A DNA stretch of 63,283 bases, counting the filler, from Dicyema japonicum (taxonomy: Eukaryota > Animalia > Dicyemida), in the NCBI GenBank assembly GCA_011109175.1. It is 7 parts of 7 records of this genome, joined end to end, with 100 filler letters (N's around TTAATTAATTAA, not from the genome) between each part and the next. Parts side by side here need not be neighbours in the genome. Positions count along the whole stretch, not along the records: positions 1 to 27,930 come from RDEW01000066.1; 6 more parts are not named here. The stretch is one strand, 5' to 3'. Below, piece after piece: positions 1 to 10,739 of the stretch. Position 1 is the first letter of the stretch. Each line of letters opens with the position of its first letter. Both the position numbers and the translations under genes were made by a program. The notes under the pieces were generated by a model that worked only from the letters and a program-made list of their open reading frames with translations, did no database searches and had not been told where the DNA came from.

Positions 1-834
1 AAATCTATCATTTTTACTCTACAGTTCTCTTCTTCATTAATTTTAAACGTTTCATTCCACCAATTTTCATATATAATCAATATAGAACTCGAAATAAGCT
101 TCCATTTTGTTTGCCATTCGAACAAATTTTCAATCTCGGTTAGTTTTCGAATAACAGGCTTCAAAAACTCCCTTCCATTCTTGAAAAATGTATTCAAAGC
201 TACGAATATTCGAGTCACCACTTACCGTTCAAAGTTGTTTCAGACGTTAAACCAATACCGAATTTTTTGTCGTAAAACTCGTATTCTCCAGGTCCAATAC
301 AGACCTTTTAAACTCGAGCAAAGAATACAACTTTCATTCCACAAATTCTAAATTTAACTTGTGCTGATGCTGGGAATTTATTCATTTTAAATTGATCTAC
401 ACAGCCAGGCTCCCAGGTGACCGGCCCGATTTTGATATCAATCAATGTTGGATTCCGGAATGTCGCCGAGATGTTTTCGAGGCACAAATAGTCTACGAGT
501 GAAATACAGAAATAACAATTATTTGAATCAGAATCAAACAAAGTTTTGTAGTAAATCGGAGAAAATCGACAAAGCACTCTGTCCACGTCTGTAGACGGAT
601 TTGAAACAGTCCTGTAGTATTCTGATTCCACCATCCCACGGCGGTCGGTTTTGAGTTTTTTGAGGAGTTTATCTTTTTGATATGTAAGAAATTCTAAATT
701 GATTGTTATAACTACCGATTTCCGTGTCATTAGAGTCATGTCCGGCTACTTGGTGATTGAATAATGACGTCTCTGAAATTATAATCTCGTTCTTTAAAAT
801 GAAGTAGGCCACATACATCAGCCTCGTTATTCAT
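1..834 (-). CDS. IPMK: Inositol polyphosphate multikinase (3' end runs off the window start); 4 mini-introns
   Basis: Removing GT-AG introns 792-816 (25 nt), 694-715 (22), 305-331 (27) and 200-225 (26) gives one open frame with IPK signatures HQVAGH, PTLIDIKIG (PxxxDxKxG), YDKKFG, SSSILIIYE and VKMIDF. ATG at 834 inferred. Confidence 0.9.
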
Positions 835-1667
835 TTTGACTATTGACGGTCACGCATTCTCACTTGTTTTATGAGAAAATAAAATAATTTACGTCGATAA
901 ATGAATTATTAATCAAAATAATCATTATTCAAATCAATTAATGTTAAATACTTTTTGTTAAAATTGGTTTCGACGAGGAATGCCTAATTCCTCTGGGAAT
1001 ACTTAATTAGTTGATTTTTCTTATTAATTTGTGATTATGTGGTTCAATAAAATGAATCCCTCTTTTACAAATCGGTTTTCCACAAAAGAAAACCGCTAAT
1101 TTAAAAATTAAGAATTTATCAATTCGATTCGGACATGTTTCCACATGCTTTAAGTTTCTGATCTCTAAAGACCATTTTTAGAGAAGCTTCGATTTGTTTT
1201 AATAGACAAAAAGCGATCAATTTGAATTTATATTTTTTTATTTCTTTAATTTAAATCGATCTATCAATGCCACTATCCAGTTATATTTTAAAAATGCGTG
1301 ACATCGGCGTTCTAAATAATTAAATATTATACAACTTAAAAAATGCTTTCTAATTAAATTTTTCAACGGGACTCAAGTTCTTTAGTCGTCTTTGAGGCAT
1401 TAGTAAAAACTCGTAATTCAATTTTAATTGTAGTGCTCGGTGTTTTCATTTTGAGTAGTTCTTTATACCGCTTTCCTTGTTTGGATTTTTGGTGAGAAAT
1501 ATATGAAATGAATAATTGTAAATTTTTCGATTTTTCCTCGTTTTCTTAAACTGACAAAAACAAAATATTTGGTCTACCAACTGAATAGGGATTAATCAGA
1601 ATCCATTTCATAACTTTAGCCAGCAGATCATTAAATTCATTTACAAAATTAAAGTGGTTGTTTAGAC

Positions 1668-2698
1668 CAGTGGTTCTCAACCTTTATTTTTGTATCGCCC
1701 CCTTGGAATTTTTTTCGCCCCTCCAATTTTTGTATCGCCCCCTTATTTTATTAGTAATAATATTACTATTAACTAATTATTAGAAATATTTTTATTTAAA
1801 AAATAAGAGTTTTAATGAGAAAAATATTTTTTCTATGAATTTTGCAGGAATTAAGCAATTCAAATTCTTCTTGTAATCTTAAAAAAATCAACAATAGCAT
1901 CAAATAATATTACAAATCTTTCAAGACAATTTCCCTTGGATAACCATCTTACTTCGGTATGTAAAAATAACCTAACATAATCTTCACTTTGATTATTGCA
2001 GTATTCACGAAAAATACGATCGTACTTGAATAGTCTTCATAATATTTAAAGAATCTTTTTTGTAAGATATCGTTTATAAATAAATTTAAACAAGGACGGA
2101 TGACATTTTCTGCAATCGAATGGAATTACCTATAATTTAAACTAATAATGCAACCAGTTTTTTGCGATTATCTCTGCAACTTTATATGAATAAGATAATC
2201 CAGAGACATTTGAGATATATTTTTATTAAAGATTGACGGTAAGGTGTTTTTTATTTTCAAAATTCTTTTTAATTCTAGAAAAAGTCTGCCTTTTTCCCAA
2301 TTGAATTAGGATGTTTTCGCTTTAAATGTTCAATTAAACGAGACGGTTTCATTGCCTCATTCGAAAAGATTGTACCACATTGAAGAAAAAGTGGTTTATT
2401 AGGATCTTGAGGATCTTTAATAAATCCAAGAGAAATATATTCATCTTTATACATTCTGACTTTTTTTTGAACACGACCATAAAGATAACTAAAAATCACG
2501 CATAGAAATTATATTATTAATAAATATTATTAGACTCGATTATATATCCTTATTTTTTCAAAGATTATCGACTTCTAACATAACATTTTAATTTTTCAAA
2601 TATTAGCAATCAACCATCGCCCCCCTGGCAGAATAAATCGCCCCCTACCAAAAAAAATCGCCCCTAGGGGGCGAATCGCCCACCGTTGAGAACCACTG
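1668..2698 (-). mobile_element. Internally deleted hAT (Buster/Charlie-type) DNA transposon
   Basis: Perfect 14-bp TIRs CAGTGGTTCTCAAC / GTTGAGAACCACTG. Flanks GTTTAGAC (left) and TTTAGAC (right; 7 bp exact, TA-centred). Internal BED-finger piece (FSNEAMKPSRLIEHLKRKH, 2275-2499) and LFLHTEVRWLSKGNCLERF motif near 1910-1975. Confidence 0.9.
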
Positions 2699-2998
2699 TT
2701 TAGACAATCAATATTTACATTAATTGGATTAAAAACGAGTGGGTCATGAATGGACAGATTTAGGGAAATGATTTTAAACAAAATTGAAAATTTTAACTTC
2801 TTAGTCTAGACTACTTAGAACAAGTCTGGAATTGAAGTCATACTCAGGAAAAATCTCTGCACTACACTGTTCGTCATTGTGAGCTTTTTTGGTGCGTGTT
2901 CCATTGACTAATGGTTAAGACTTTTAAAAATCATGGGCCCGTCCTGTTGACAAGCTAAATTTGGCACTTTAATTCAGCTTGTCGTGCATACGCTAGAA

Positions 2999-3373
2999 CA
3001 GGGTTTCCAAACTTTCTTTCGCGACACCCCTAAAAATGTTAACTTTATCCTCGGCACCCCTAAATAATATTTTGAAAAAATATTTGTTAAAAACTAAACT
3101 GAACAATGATTCAATTCTAAATCTAAAAATTATTTAACTTTCTTTAACAATTCTTTCAATTCGTGATCTGTTGATATTTCAAGAATTTGTTGATATTCAG
3201 AAAAATGCTAAAAAAATAACAATAACACTATAAATGCCGACACGGCACGTAATTTGTTGAGAATCTACTTATTTTGTCTAAATAAAAATAAATTTACTTA
3301 AATAAAAATAAATGTTCGAATTTTTCGCGTCACCCCTATTACTTGCCCGCGGCACCCACTTTGGGAAACGCTG
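2999..3373. mobile_element. hAT-family MITE
   Basis: Imperfect TIRs CAGGGTTTCCAAA / TTTGGGAAACGCTG; perfect 8-bp TSD CGCTAGAA (2991-2998, 3374-3381) with central TA; non-coding; second partial copy at 56801. Confidence 0.9.
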
Positions 3374-3518
3374 CGCTAGAATATTATTAGATTTCCCAAC
3401 ATGAAAGACAACACCACAAAATATTATTTATTATGAATCTGAGAAATTGTACTGATTTAAGTCGACGCCCCACAACGGGAATAAAAAAGAACTCAATAAA
3501 AATATTTAAAAACGTAGA

Positions 3519-5253
3519 TTATGTGGAAGTAATATATAATAAAAGCGAGTGCCATACATGCATAATATCACAAATTTCGATAATTCCAAAGTGGTGCAAA
3601 TTTACTAAATGAAGTAGAAAGTTGTGGCATAACATGTTGTCCACCAACAACTTTTTGTTTTGCTCCACAAACTCAAGACAGACGGGAACCACGTGACAGT
3701 CACCCAGACAACTAGGCGGATTACGAATAGCATCGACAACACTGTGTTGGAGGACAGAAACGAGTTCCAGAGTTTCATGATCTCCTTCTCCCCCTCGTTG
3801 ACATCGCAAAAGTCGTCCATCAACTAAAATTGTGAAAGTAAAATACATTTTTCATCATAAGATCGACCCAAGCAAACCAGGAGTTGTCCTGAACGGGCTG
3901 CTTAATAGCGAGAGGCTGGTTGTCATTGGGTGGTACACCGCACTGGAATATTCAGGACAACACAAACTGGGGGTGTGGGGTTCAAATAGAAAGGGCTTCC
4001 GCCACCTCGACCCAAAAATGAAAACATAAATGTACTTGTTGACGACCAGCATCATCGTCATGGGCAGTCGGTAGAGTGGCTTGGTGGGAAAGGTCCCTTC
4101 GACTTGACTGAAATGCAGTCGGAATGGGTTCCCTTCGTAGGACCCGTCGAACAAGTCGTCGAGTCCAATTTGGATTGACTGTGTCCACATCGCCCTTGCA
4201 CGAATTGGACAAATATGACAACCACCGAATTGAAAGTGAGACGGGCGTGCGAGTGGCGCAGGTGAGTCATCAGACAATTCAGATTCCGACAGTTCACGTG
4301 GCAGAATGGGCAGACCCAGTCAGACCTCGAACAAAGGAGCTGTCGGTGTTTGTCTTTGAATACAAACTCGTACACCACATTCCGACTTGTGAATAACCGA
4401 GTGGATAATCCCCTGAATCAATTCGCATAAACGACACTTTTCAGAGTCAGGTCGGATTGCTCAGGTGGGTGGTCAGTCCATTTGTCAACAGAGAAGGCAA
4501 TGAGTGGAGGGGAGTGCACACAATTCTAACAAATGGACAATCCAGCCAAACAGGGTCGTTCACACTAATCAGTCTAGCCTGGTATTCCCCGGAAGAGAAC
4601 TGGTTGGTGAATGAATTGTTATAGAAGGGGAGAATGCAGTAATACATATCCGTGTCTGCAATTCGTCAATGAAATGACAAACCAGTGGTGACCTGAAACA
4701 GAATGCTCGATGGTTTCAAACGGGCCACATCACAGTCGAATGATATATTCACCCCTGCCTCCAACGGGTTCTCTACTTTCCCCCTCCCCAGCTTGACTTT
4801 GACCTTCTTTTGGACGAGTGTCCCACATTTGAGCAATACCTGGTCTTGACTAAACAGGAATACAGAATAGTCCGAGACTTGTCCCCCCACGACTGTCACT
4901 GAGAGGAGTGCAGCCCCCGTCGAGACTGCGAGTGAGAGGGAGGACTAACAGTTCGGGAGGGCAACACTGCACATGTCGATTTTTAGACTGATTTGATGGT
5001 TTTTTTAACGGTGCTTTTGAGGAGGGAATCGACACTGAAGGGTCTCCCCTTCCTCGAACTGCCCCAGGTTGTGCGGAAATAAGACAGGTTCCTCGTCAGG
5101 AAAATGGGCTGTGAGGATTATAAGTAGGGGAGTGCCCTGAAGGAGTGACGGATTCCCAGGAATTCGTAAATGGCAACGGCGTCTATTAAAATGTCATTTG
5201 TGTGCACCATTACTGGCTGTTTTGCTTAAAAATAGTTGATAACTCCGATTCAT
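3519..5253 (-). CDS. SUZ12: Polycomb PRC2 subunit SUZ12 (multi-exon, mini-introns, some apparent frameshifts)
   Basis: N-terminal QLFL...AIYEFL...PIFLTRNLSY; C2H2 finger CPFCHVNCRNLNCLMTHLRHSH; VEFS box DDFCDVNEGEKEIMKLWN and LCHNFLLHLVNLHHFGII. Introns include 5183-5207 (25 nt) and 5109-5135 (27 nt, GC-AG). Middle exon boundaries uncertain. Confidence 0.9.
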
Positions 5254-5499
5254 GTCCCTAATTGATACTACAGGGCCAGTCTTGACGCGGGATTTGACTC
5301 ACAATTATGTTTAACAGTACCAGATGACTTTAGAGGAGTCTGGATGAGGGCAGATCCGTGGAAAGCATTTCGTTCCCAGGTTTCCTTCGGGAGTCTTACC
5401 CATGTCTATACAGCACCACAAGACCTGAGTGGCCAAATAAATATATCAATTCAGTTTTTAGCTCAATTACAAAAAGTATATTCTGTACAATCATTTAGT

Positions 5500-7010
5500 T
5501 AAAAGAATAATTCAATTTATCAAATAATTGCCGAATGAGACTGTCCTGGAAGTGGTCTTCAAACATTCACGTGTAGTCTATTCGTTGCTGATCACCTTTT
5601 GGATAGCGGCATCTCCAGCAGGGATTTTAGTTGGCGCCTCTGAAATGCGTTCACGTTTTCGGTGCATTTATCGTTCACACGTTTCTGAGTTGTATAGGCA
5701 CACAAATGCGTTGTATAGTCGCACTCTTGGAATGTATGAGTATTTTAACCATTTAATGCAAGAATCGACAGCATTTTTCTTGCTGGACAAGAAATGATCC
5801 GCGTTTCTTCGTTCTTCTCCATTTCTCATCTATCAATTGACTTGATTTTTTGACAGTTGTGAACGCCCTCTTTGTTTGTCCACTTTCAGACATCATTTCC
5901 CGCATACTCCAGGGGCATGATTGAGCACTTTCCTGATCTCTTCGATACCTTCCGAAACAAAATATACGTCATTCGCGTAGATCAGTTCTATGATCAAAGT
6001 TGGCCCAGTTTTTGCTCTTAGATCACGGAGGGTAGCCTCCAGGTAGAGAAAAATAGTATTGGCGATAAGAGGTGTCCTTGCTATATGTGTTTAAAATTAG
6101 TGGAATTGCTCTAGATTAGCCCAGATATTTATTTCGGTGTCCGAAAGTAGAACACGTATCATTTTCAGACAGTCCTCGTCCAGCAAGGCCCTCCCCACTG
6201 CAAAGAAGACAATTGACGGAGGACCTGAGTCTCAATGCAGTATCTATAACCTGCCTTCAAGGAACAAAAGTAAAAATGAGACTTGATGAGAATGTGCAAG
6301 CATCGAATTATTCTACTGGAGCCAGAGCGCAGATACTATGGACAGTGACAAGATATCACTTATTCAGCTCCAGCTGGAATGCAGCGCACGCCCGAAAAAT
6401 TGATCGGAACTCACAGTAGAGGCATGATAAATTATAATGGAACTGCACTCGCAGAGTTCTGCACTCGGATTTGATCTCCTTTTCAATACGGCGTTTAAGC
6501 ACCCCGGACATGACGGCATGACGAAGGAAAAACAACCAACGGAGAAACAGTTAGGAATTACAGCCAAATCGACTATTACTATGTAAACGTGAATTCGAAT
6601 GAATGGACTCTAGGAGGCACCCTCCGCGCTGGTCCGCAGTAACTAAAGGAATTGGAAATATTGGCAGGTCGCTGCTGAAAGATGTCTCAAGAACTCTGGA
6701 TGCTTGGGGACCACTATAAAGAATGCTTGACTTGGGCATATCCTGAGAATGGACCCTGCCGCCTCTGCAAACGATATGATAGGATCGTACTTCTTAACTG
6801 CTTTCGAGGCAGAAAAACACACCCTGTCCATATAAAATGACCTGCCAAATGTTGGAAGGCGACTAGAAAATGCTGACAAACTAGACGACTTTCGAAAATC
6901 GCAATCTTAAAGAGAGCGTTTCAAATGAAGAAAATCATCCGCGGTGCGACACAAGCGACGGTAAAACTTAACATTCTCGTTGTTGCGTTTCGTGTATAAT
7001 AATAGACCGG
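5500..7010 (-). CDS. Putative divergent PX-domain + RhoGAP-like protein (ARHGAP32/33/CdGAPr-like); boundaries approximate
   Basis: Coding-like composition between SUZ12 and PGM2. Translated pieces RTADDFLHLKRSL..CDFRKSSSLSAF..AEAAGSILRICPSQAFF resemble the recalled ARHGAP32/33 PX domain. FLRHAVMSGVLKR..ECRTLRVQF, VHSICAL and LLDEDCLKMIRVLL..IIELIYANDVYF resemble RhoGAP helices in the right order. Several frame breaks unresolved. Confidence 0.5.
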
Positions 7011-7306
7011 CCTGGATTGAACTGTGGTCTCATTTATAGATTTCTGCTTTGATGTGAAAATCAATTAATAAAAGTGAAATCGAGACTGTTGAGGCTGTAA
7101 TCTGCCCACTTTGAACAGAGCTGATTTGCCGAGATGCAAAGATACCGGCATTCTCGATAGCCAGTTGCGTCTACAATCGCGTAAAGCACACTGGACAGTC
7201 AACGAATGGTATTTTGGTATGCGGTGGAAGGTATCATTTGATTACATTATTATTAGATTAAGCTTACAATTTATTTGAATAGTATCAAGTTAAACCAAGT
7301 CAGGTA

Positions 7307-9534
7307 ATGGGTAAAATTGGGTGTTCCGAGTTTATATGCTCAGCCCAAATTGAGGTGATTACAAAGAAAGTGACGACTAGGACTGCGCATACGAATCAAC
7401 TGGTGACGCGTCCCTCGACGAGGCGGTTGCCAAATGGTTATCGTGGGACAGGGTTAGCATAAGGGAGTTACAGTTAGAACGAGGAATCATCTGCTCAAGT
7501 AAAGACCTCTTATTGAATGGCCATTTCGAAATATTGAAGGATCGGATGCTTTCGAGTCTCTCATTCGGAACTGCGGGTTGTGTGCACTCCATCACCAGTT
7601 AAGGAATCAGAGCACGAATGCAGTGCGGGTTCGGATATCTCAATGAGCTCACCATCATCCAAATTGCTCAGGTTGACTTAACTGTACACGCCAGGCCCTA
7701 TCAAACACAGTCAAGTCGACCTTCAAAGAAGAAGAGCGAAGAAAGGTGGTGGTGGGGTTTGACGGCCGCCACAACAGCAGAAGGTCCCGACATTGCCCGA
7801 CTGAGTAGATATGCTCACCTTGTGGTCAATGTCTTACGAAACGCACACGTGACTGTTTTGCTGTACTGCGAGTGTGTCCCCACTCCCCTCGTGGCTTTCG
7901 GGGTGCGCCACTTGAAATGTTGTTGTGGGGTGATGATCACTGCCTCACACAACCCCAAGCAAGACAACGGCTTCAAGTTATATTGGGAGTACGGGGCACA
8001 GGTAGACGAGTCTGGTCCTCCACGGCTAGGCCACAGATGAAGTCGAGGACCAAGTTTGAGGGAGATCTCTTCAAATCCTGTGCCGTCCGAATCAGCGTGG
8101 ACACATGTTCCATAAATGACGACAATTCGGTCCTCAGTACAGCATTGAGCGGATATCTCAACGAATTGAACAAACTTAATTTTTACAAGTTTAATTCCAG
8201 CAAATATGCAGAAATACGTGGCTGTCCGTCCCCCCAATAGTGTACACCGCAGTCCATGGGGTGGGCACTCCCTACATTCGCGCCGCCTTCGATTTGATCG
8301 GGATTCCCTCCACTCTTCACTACGTCGAAGAACAGGTAGGACGTGGTGCCCTACTTAGTGCGATGTTGACCCTGACTTTGGCACAGTCAAATGCCCAATC
8401 CGAGGAGGAGTCGTGCTTGGTGCATTCTGTTTGAAAATCCGTAGGAACTCTCAATTGAGTTGGCGGAGAGGATTGGAGCCAGGATTGTGTTGGCCAATGA
8501 CCCCGACGCCGACCGCTTGGCCGTGGCTGAGAGGCAGGCAGAGTAATGTATCACAGGAGTATTCTAGTGGCAACTGGAAGATTTTCACGGGCAACGAAAC
8601 TGCGTGTATTTTGGCGTGGTTTTTGCTGTTTTGTCGGAAACAGTTCACGTACTGCGACAGTATTCCCTCGTGTTGATTCCAAAGTCCAGAACACGTGCAT
8701 GGTCGCCACTGCAGTGAGTTCTAATTTATAAGGACGATGGCTAAGGCTGAAGGGTTCATCTTCCAAGTATGGGGATATTAAGAATGCTCAGGAGACCTTG
8801 ACGGGTTCAAATGGATAGGGAACATGTGTAATGAACTAAGCAGACAAAACCACTCAGTTCTGTTCGCTTATGAGGAAGCCATTGGGTATATGTGCAACCC
8901 CAGCATTCTGGATAAGGACGGAATCAGTGCAGCAGTCCTCATCGCCCAACTGACCGGATACCTCTCGGCTCACCAGAAGAATCCATTCCTGAGTGCCCTC
9001 CTCGAACGTCTCTACAGGAAATATGGGAGACACCTCACCTGCAACTCTTACTTTGTTTCCCCCTCTCCTCAAACTACCTCCGAGTGTTTGACCGTCTCCG
9101 CAATTATGATGGGCCTGGCACAGTACGACCATTTATTTATATTTCGTTAGTACCCACTTTTGTGGTGAATTCCAAGTCAAGAATGTCCGCGACCTCACCA
9201 CTGGATTTGACAATTCATATCCCGACCTTAAAGCTGTAATTTCTGCCGTACCATCATAGCGTATTCCAAAAGTTCATCGCAAATGATAACGTTCTATTTC
9301 GACCACTCGCTGACTGCCACTCTTAGAGCGAGTGGGACGGAGCCTAAAATCAAGTTTTATATTGAGATTATTGGCCGACCTTCCACAAAGTAGTCCGCCC
9401 CTGGGAATTCTAGAAATGAAAGTGAGAGTGCTGTGGAAGAGGCCAATTTCCGTAGACTGCTCGATAAGTTTACAGATGTGTTTATTAACAAATTTATTGA
9501 CCCTGACCGACACGGATTGATCGAACGTTGCTAG
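7307..9534 (+). CDS. PGM2: Phosphoglucomutase-2 / phosphopentomutase family; about 15 mini-introns
   Basis: Motifs [26 protein letters not shown] (phosphoserine loop), [49 protein letters not shown]. Introns e.g. 7355-7380, 7453-7477, 7577-7603, 7672-7694, 7784-7808, 8189-8211, 8336-8358, 8420-8444, 8543-8567, 8767-8791, 9123-9150, 9236-9259, 9390-9413. Several homopolymer frameshifts. Start codon inferred. Confidence 0.93.
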
Positions 9535-9766
9535 AATTTCGAGTACTGTAATAACTCTGGATTTGTTGTTTATTCATTGTAGTATGTACTCATTTGAGAT
9601 AGTGGAGATACATACTCCAAACATGTCGTGACTAGTCACTACACATTTCGATGACCAACCACAAGAGTGCTGAAGGCAGCCAGAAATAGACGGGTTTAAA
9701 TGTTGCCCAGTTTAACAGCAAATTATGAAATAAGAACAGTAAAATGTTAGAAGTAAGAAAAGTTCC

Positions 9767-10264
9767 CTAGGAGGGAGAGGCAGAGAGGGACTGCACTATG
9801 GACGACCTCAAATTAAATTTTTCCAGAGAGCGCAGATCGGAGGTGAGTAGTCTTATCCTGGACATATTTAATCTTCCGAACAAAGTGTTCCTGTGCCTTG
9901 GGAATAGTCTAATATTGAGGGCAGACACTCAACCATTTCGACAAAGTAGCCTGTGCCGATATCAATGAGCACGCGGGAGCTATCCTCGAATGTCCCGCGG
10001 GAAAACAACTGGAATAGTTTGAGGGATTGTTCTAACGCAGTTTGTCAGGGGGACGATAATGTCTTTCCCTTTTTTCACGGAAGAAAATTCATTCAGCCAA
10101 TCATTAGAGTCGAGAAATCCCTCCTCAGCCATTCTGAGAGATTCGATGCTGTTAGTAATGATTTGTATTTCCTTGTATGAATAAAGTAGGAATCGAACCT
10201 CCTCGATGTTTCTGAGGAGTGCCTCGGTCTGCTCTTTCGTCAAATAAATTGGACTATCCGCCAT
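9767..10264 (-). CDS. PFDN5: Prefoldin alpha subunit 5; 3 mini-introns
   Basis: Spliced translation ...GKDIIVPLTNC|LFSRGTFEDSSRVLIDIGTGYFVEM|TIPKAQEHFVRKIKYV matches the prefoldin-alpha signature (LVPLT..VLIDVGTGYYVE). First intron 10172-10198 (27 nt); TAG at 9767-9769. Confidence 0.85.
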
Positions 10265-10568
10265 ACCACCACAACACTCACGATTAACTCGGTTATTTTA
10301 ATATATTAGAATATGTTGAAATATTCAATAATATTCAACAATTAGTGGGTAAACAATCCTACACTTTGCAATTTATGCTTCGCAAAGAATTGCAGAGCCA
10401 ACATCGAAAAATCAAAAAGAACAGTCGCAATGTACGCTTGGGTGCAACAAGTAAATATGCCTGTGCTAATTTTTTGGTCACCTTTAACTTTAAGCTTATA
10501 AAAGTGAAAGAATAGATTTTAATTCATACGGAACATGCAAATAAGGGGAGCTTTTACCATTTCCTCGN

Positions 10569-10719
10569 GGACGACAAACATCGTTTATCAACAGGCGTTA
10601 GAAATAGGGTTACAATCAAACCAGGTCGTTTATATATCTGCATAAACTTATAGTTGTTTGATGAAACAGGCCCTCCGCAGGAGCTAGGTCGCGGTGAGCG
10701 AAGCGAGCTGCCGAGCTAG
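10569..10719 (+). mobile_element. Helitron 3' terminus
   Basis: Near-identical to 11929-12077; GC-rich subterminal hairpin ending CTAG (10716-10719) followed by T. Begins immediately after a single N at 10568, so it may be a misjoined duplicate. Confidence 0.75.
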
Positions 10720-10739
10720 TTAAAAATAAATGCATGAAT

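Noticed and set aside
7500-9275. PGM2 (and SUZ12, MINPP1) as pseudogenes
   Set aside because: All catalytic motifs and splice sites are intact, and the breaks are systematic homopolymer shortfalls, pointing to sequencing error.
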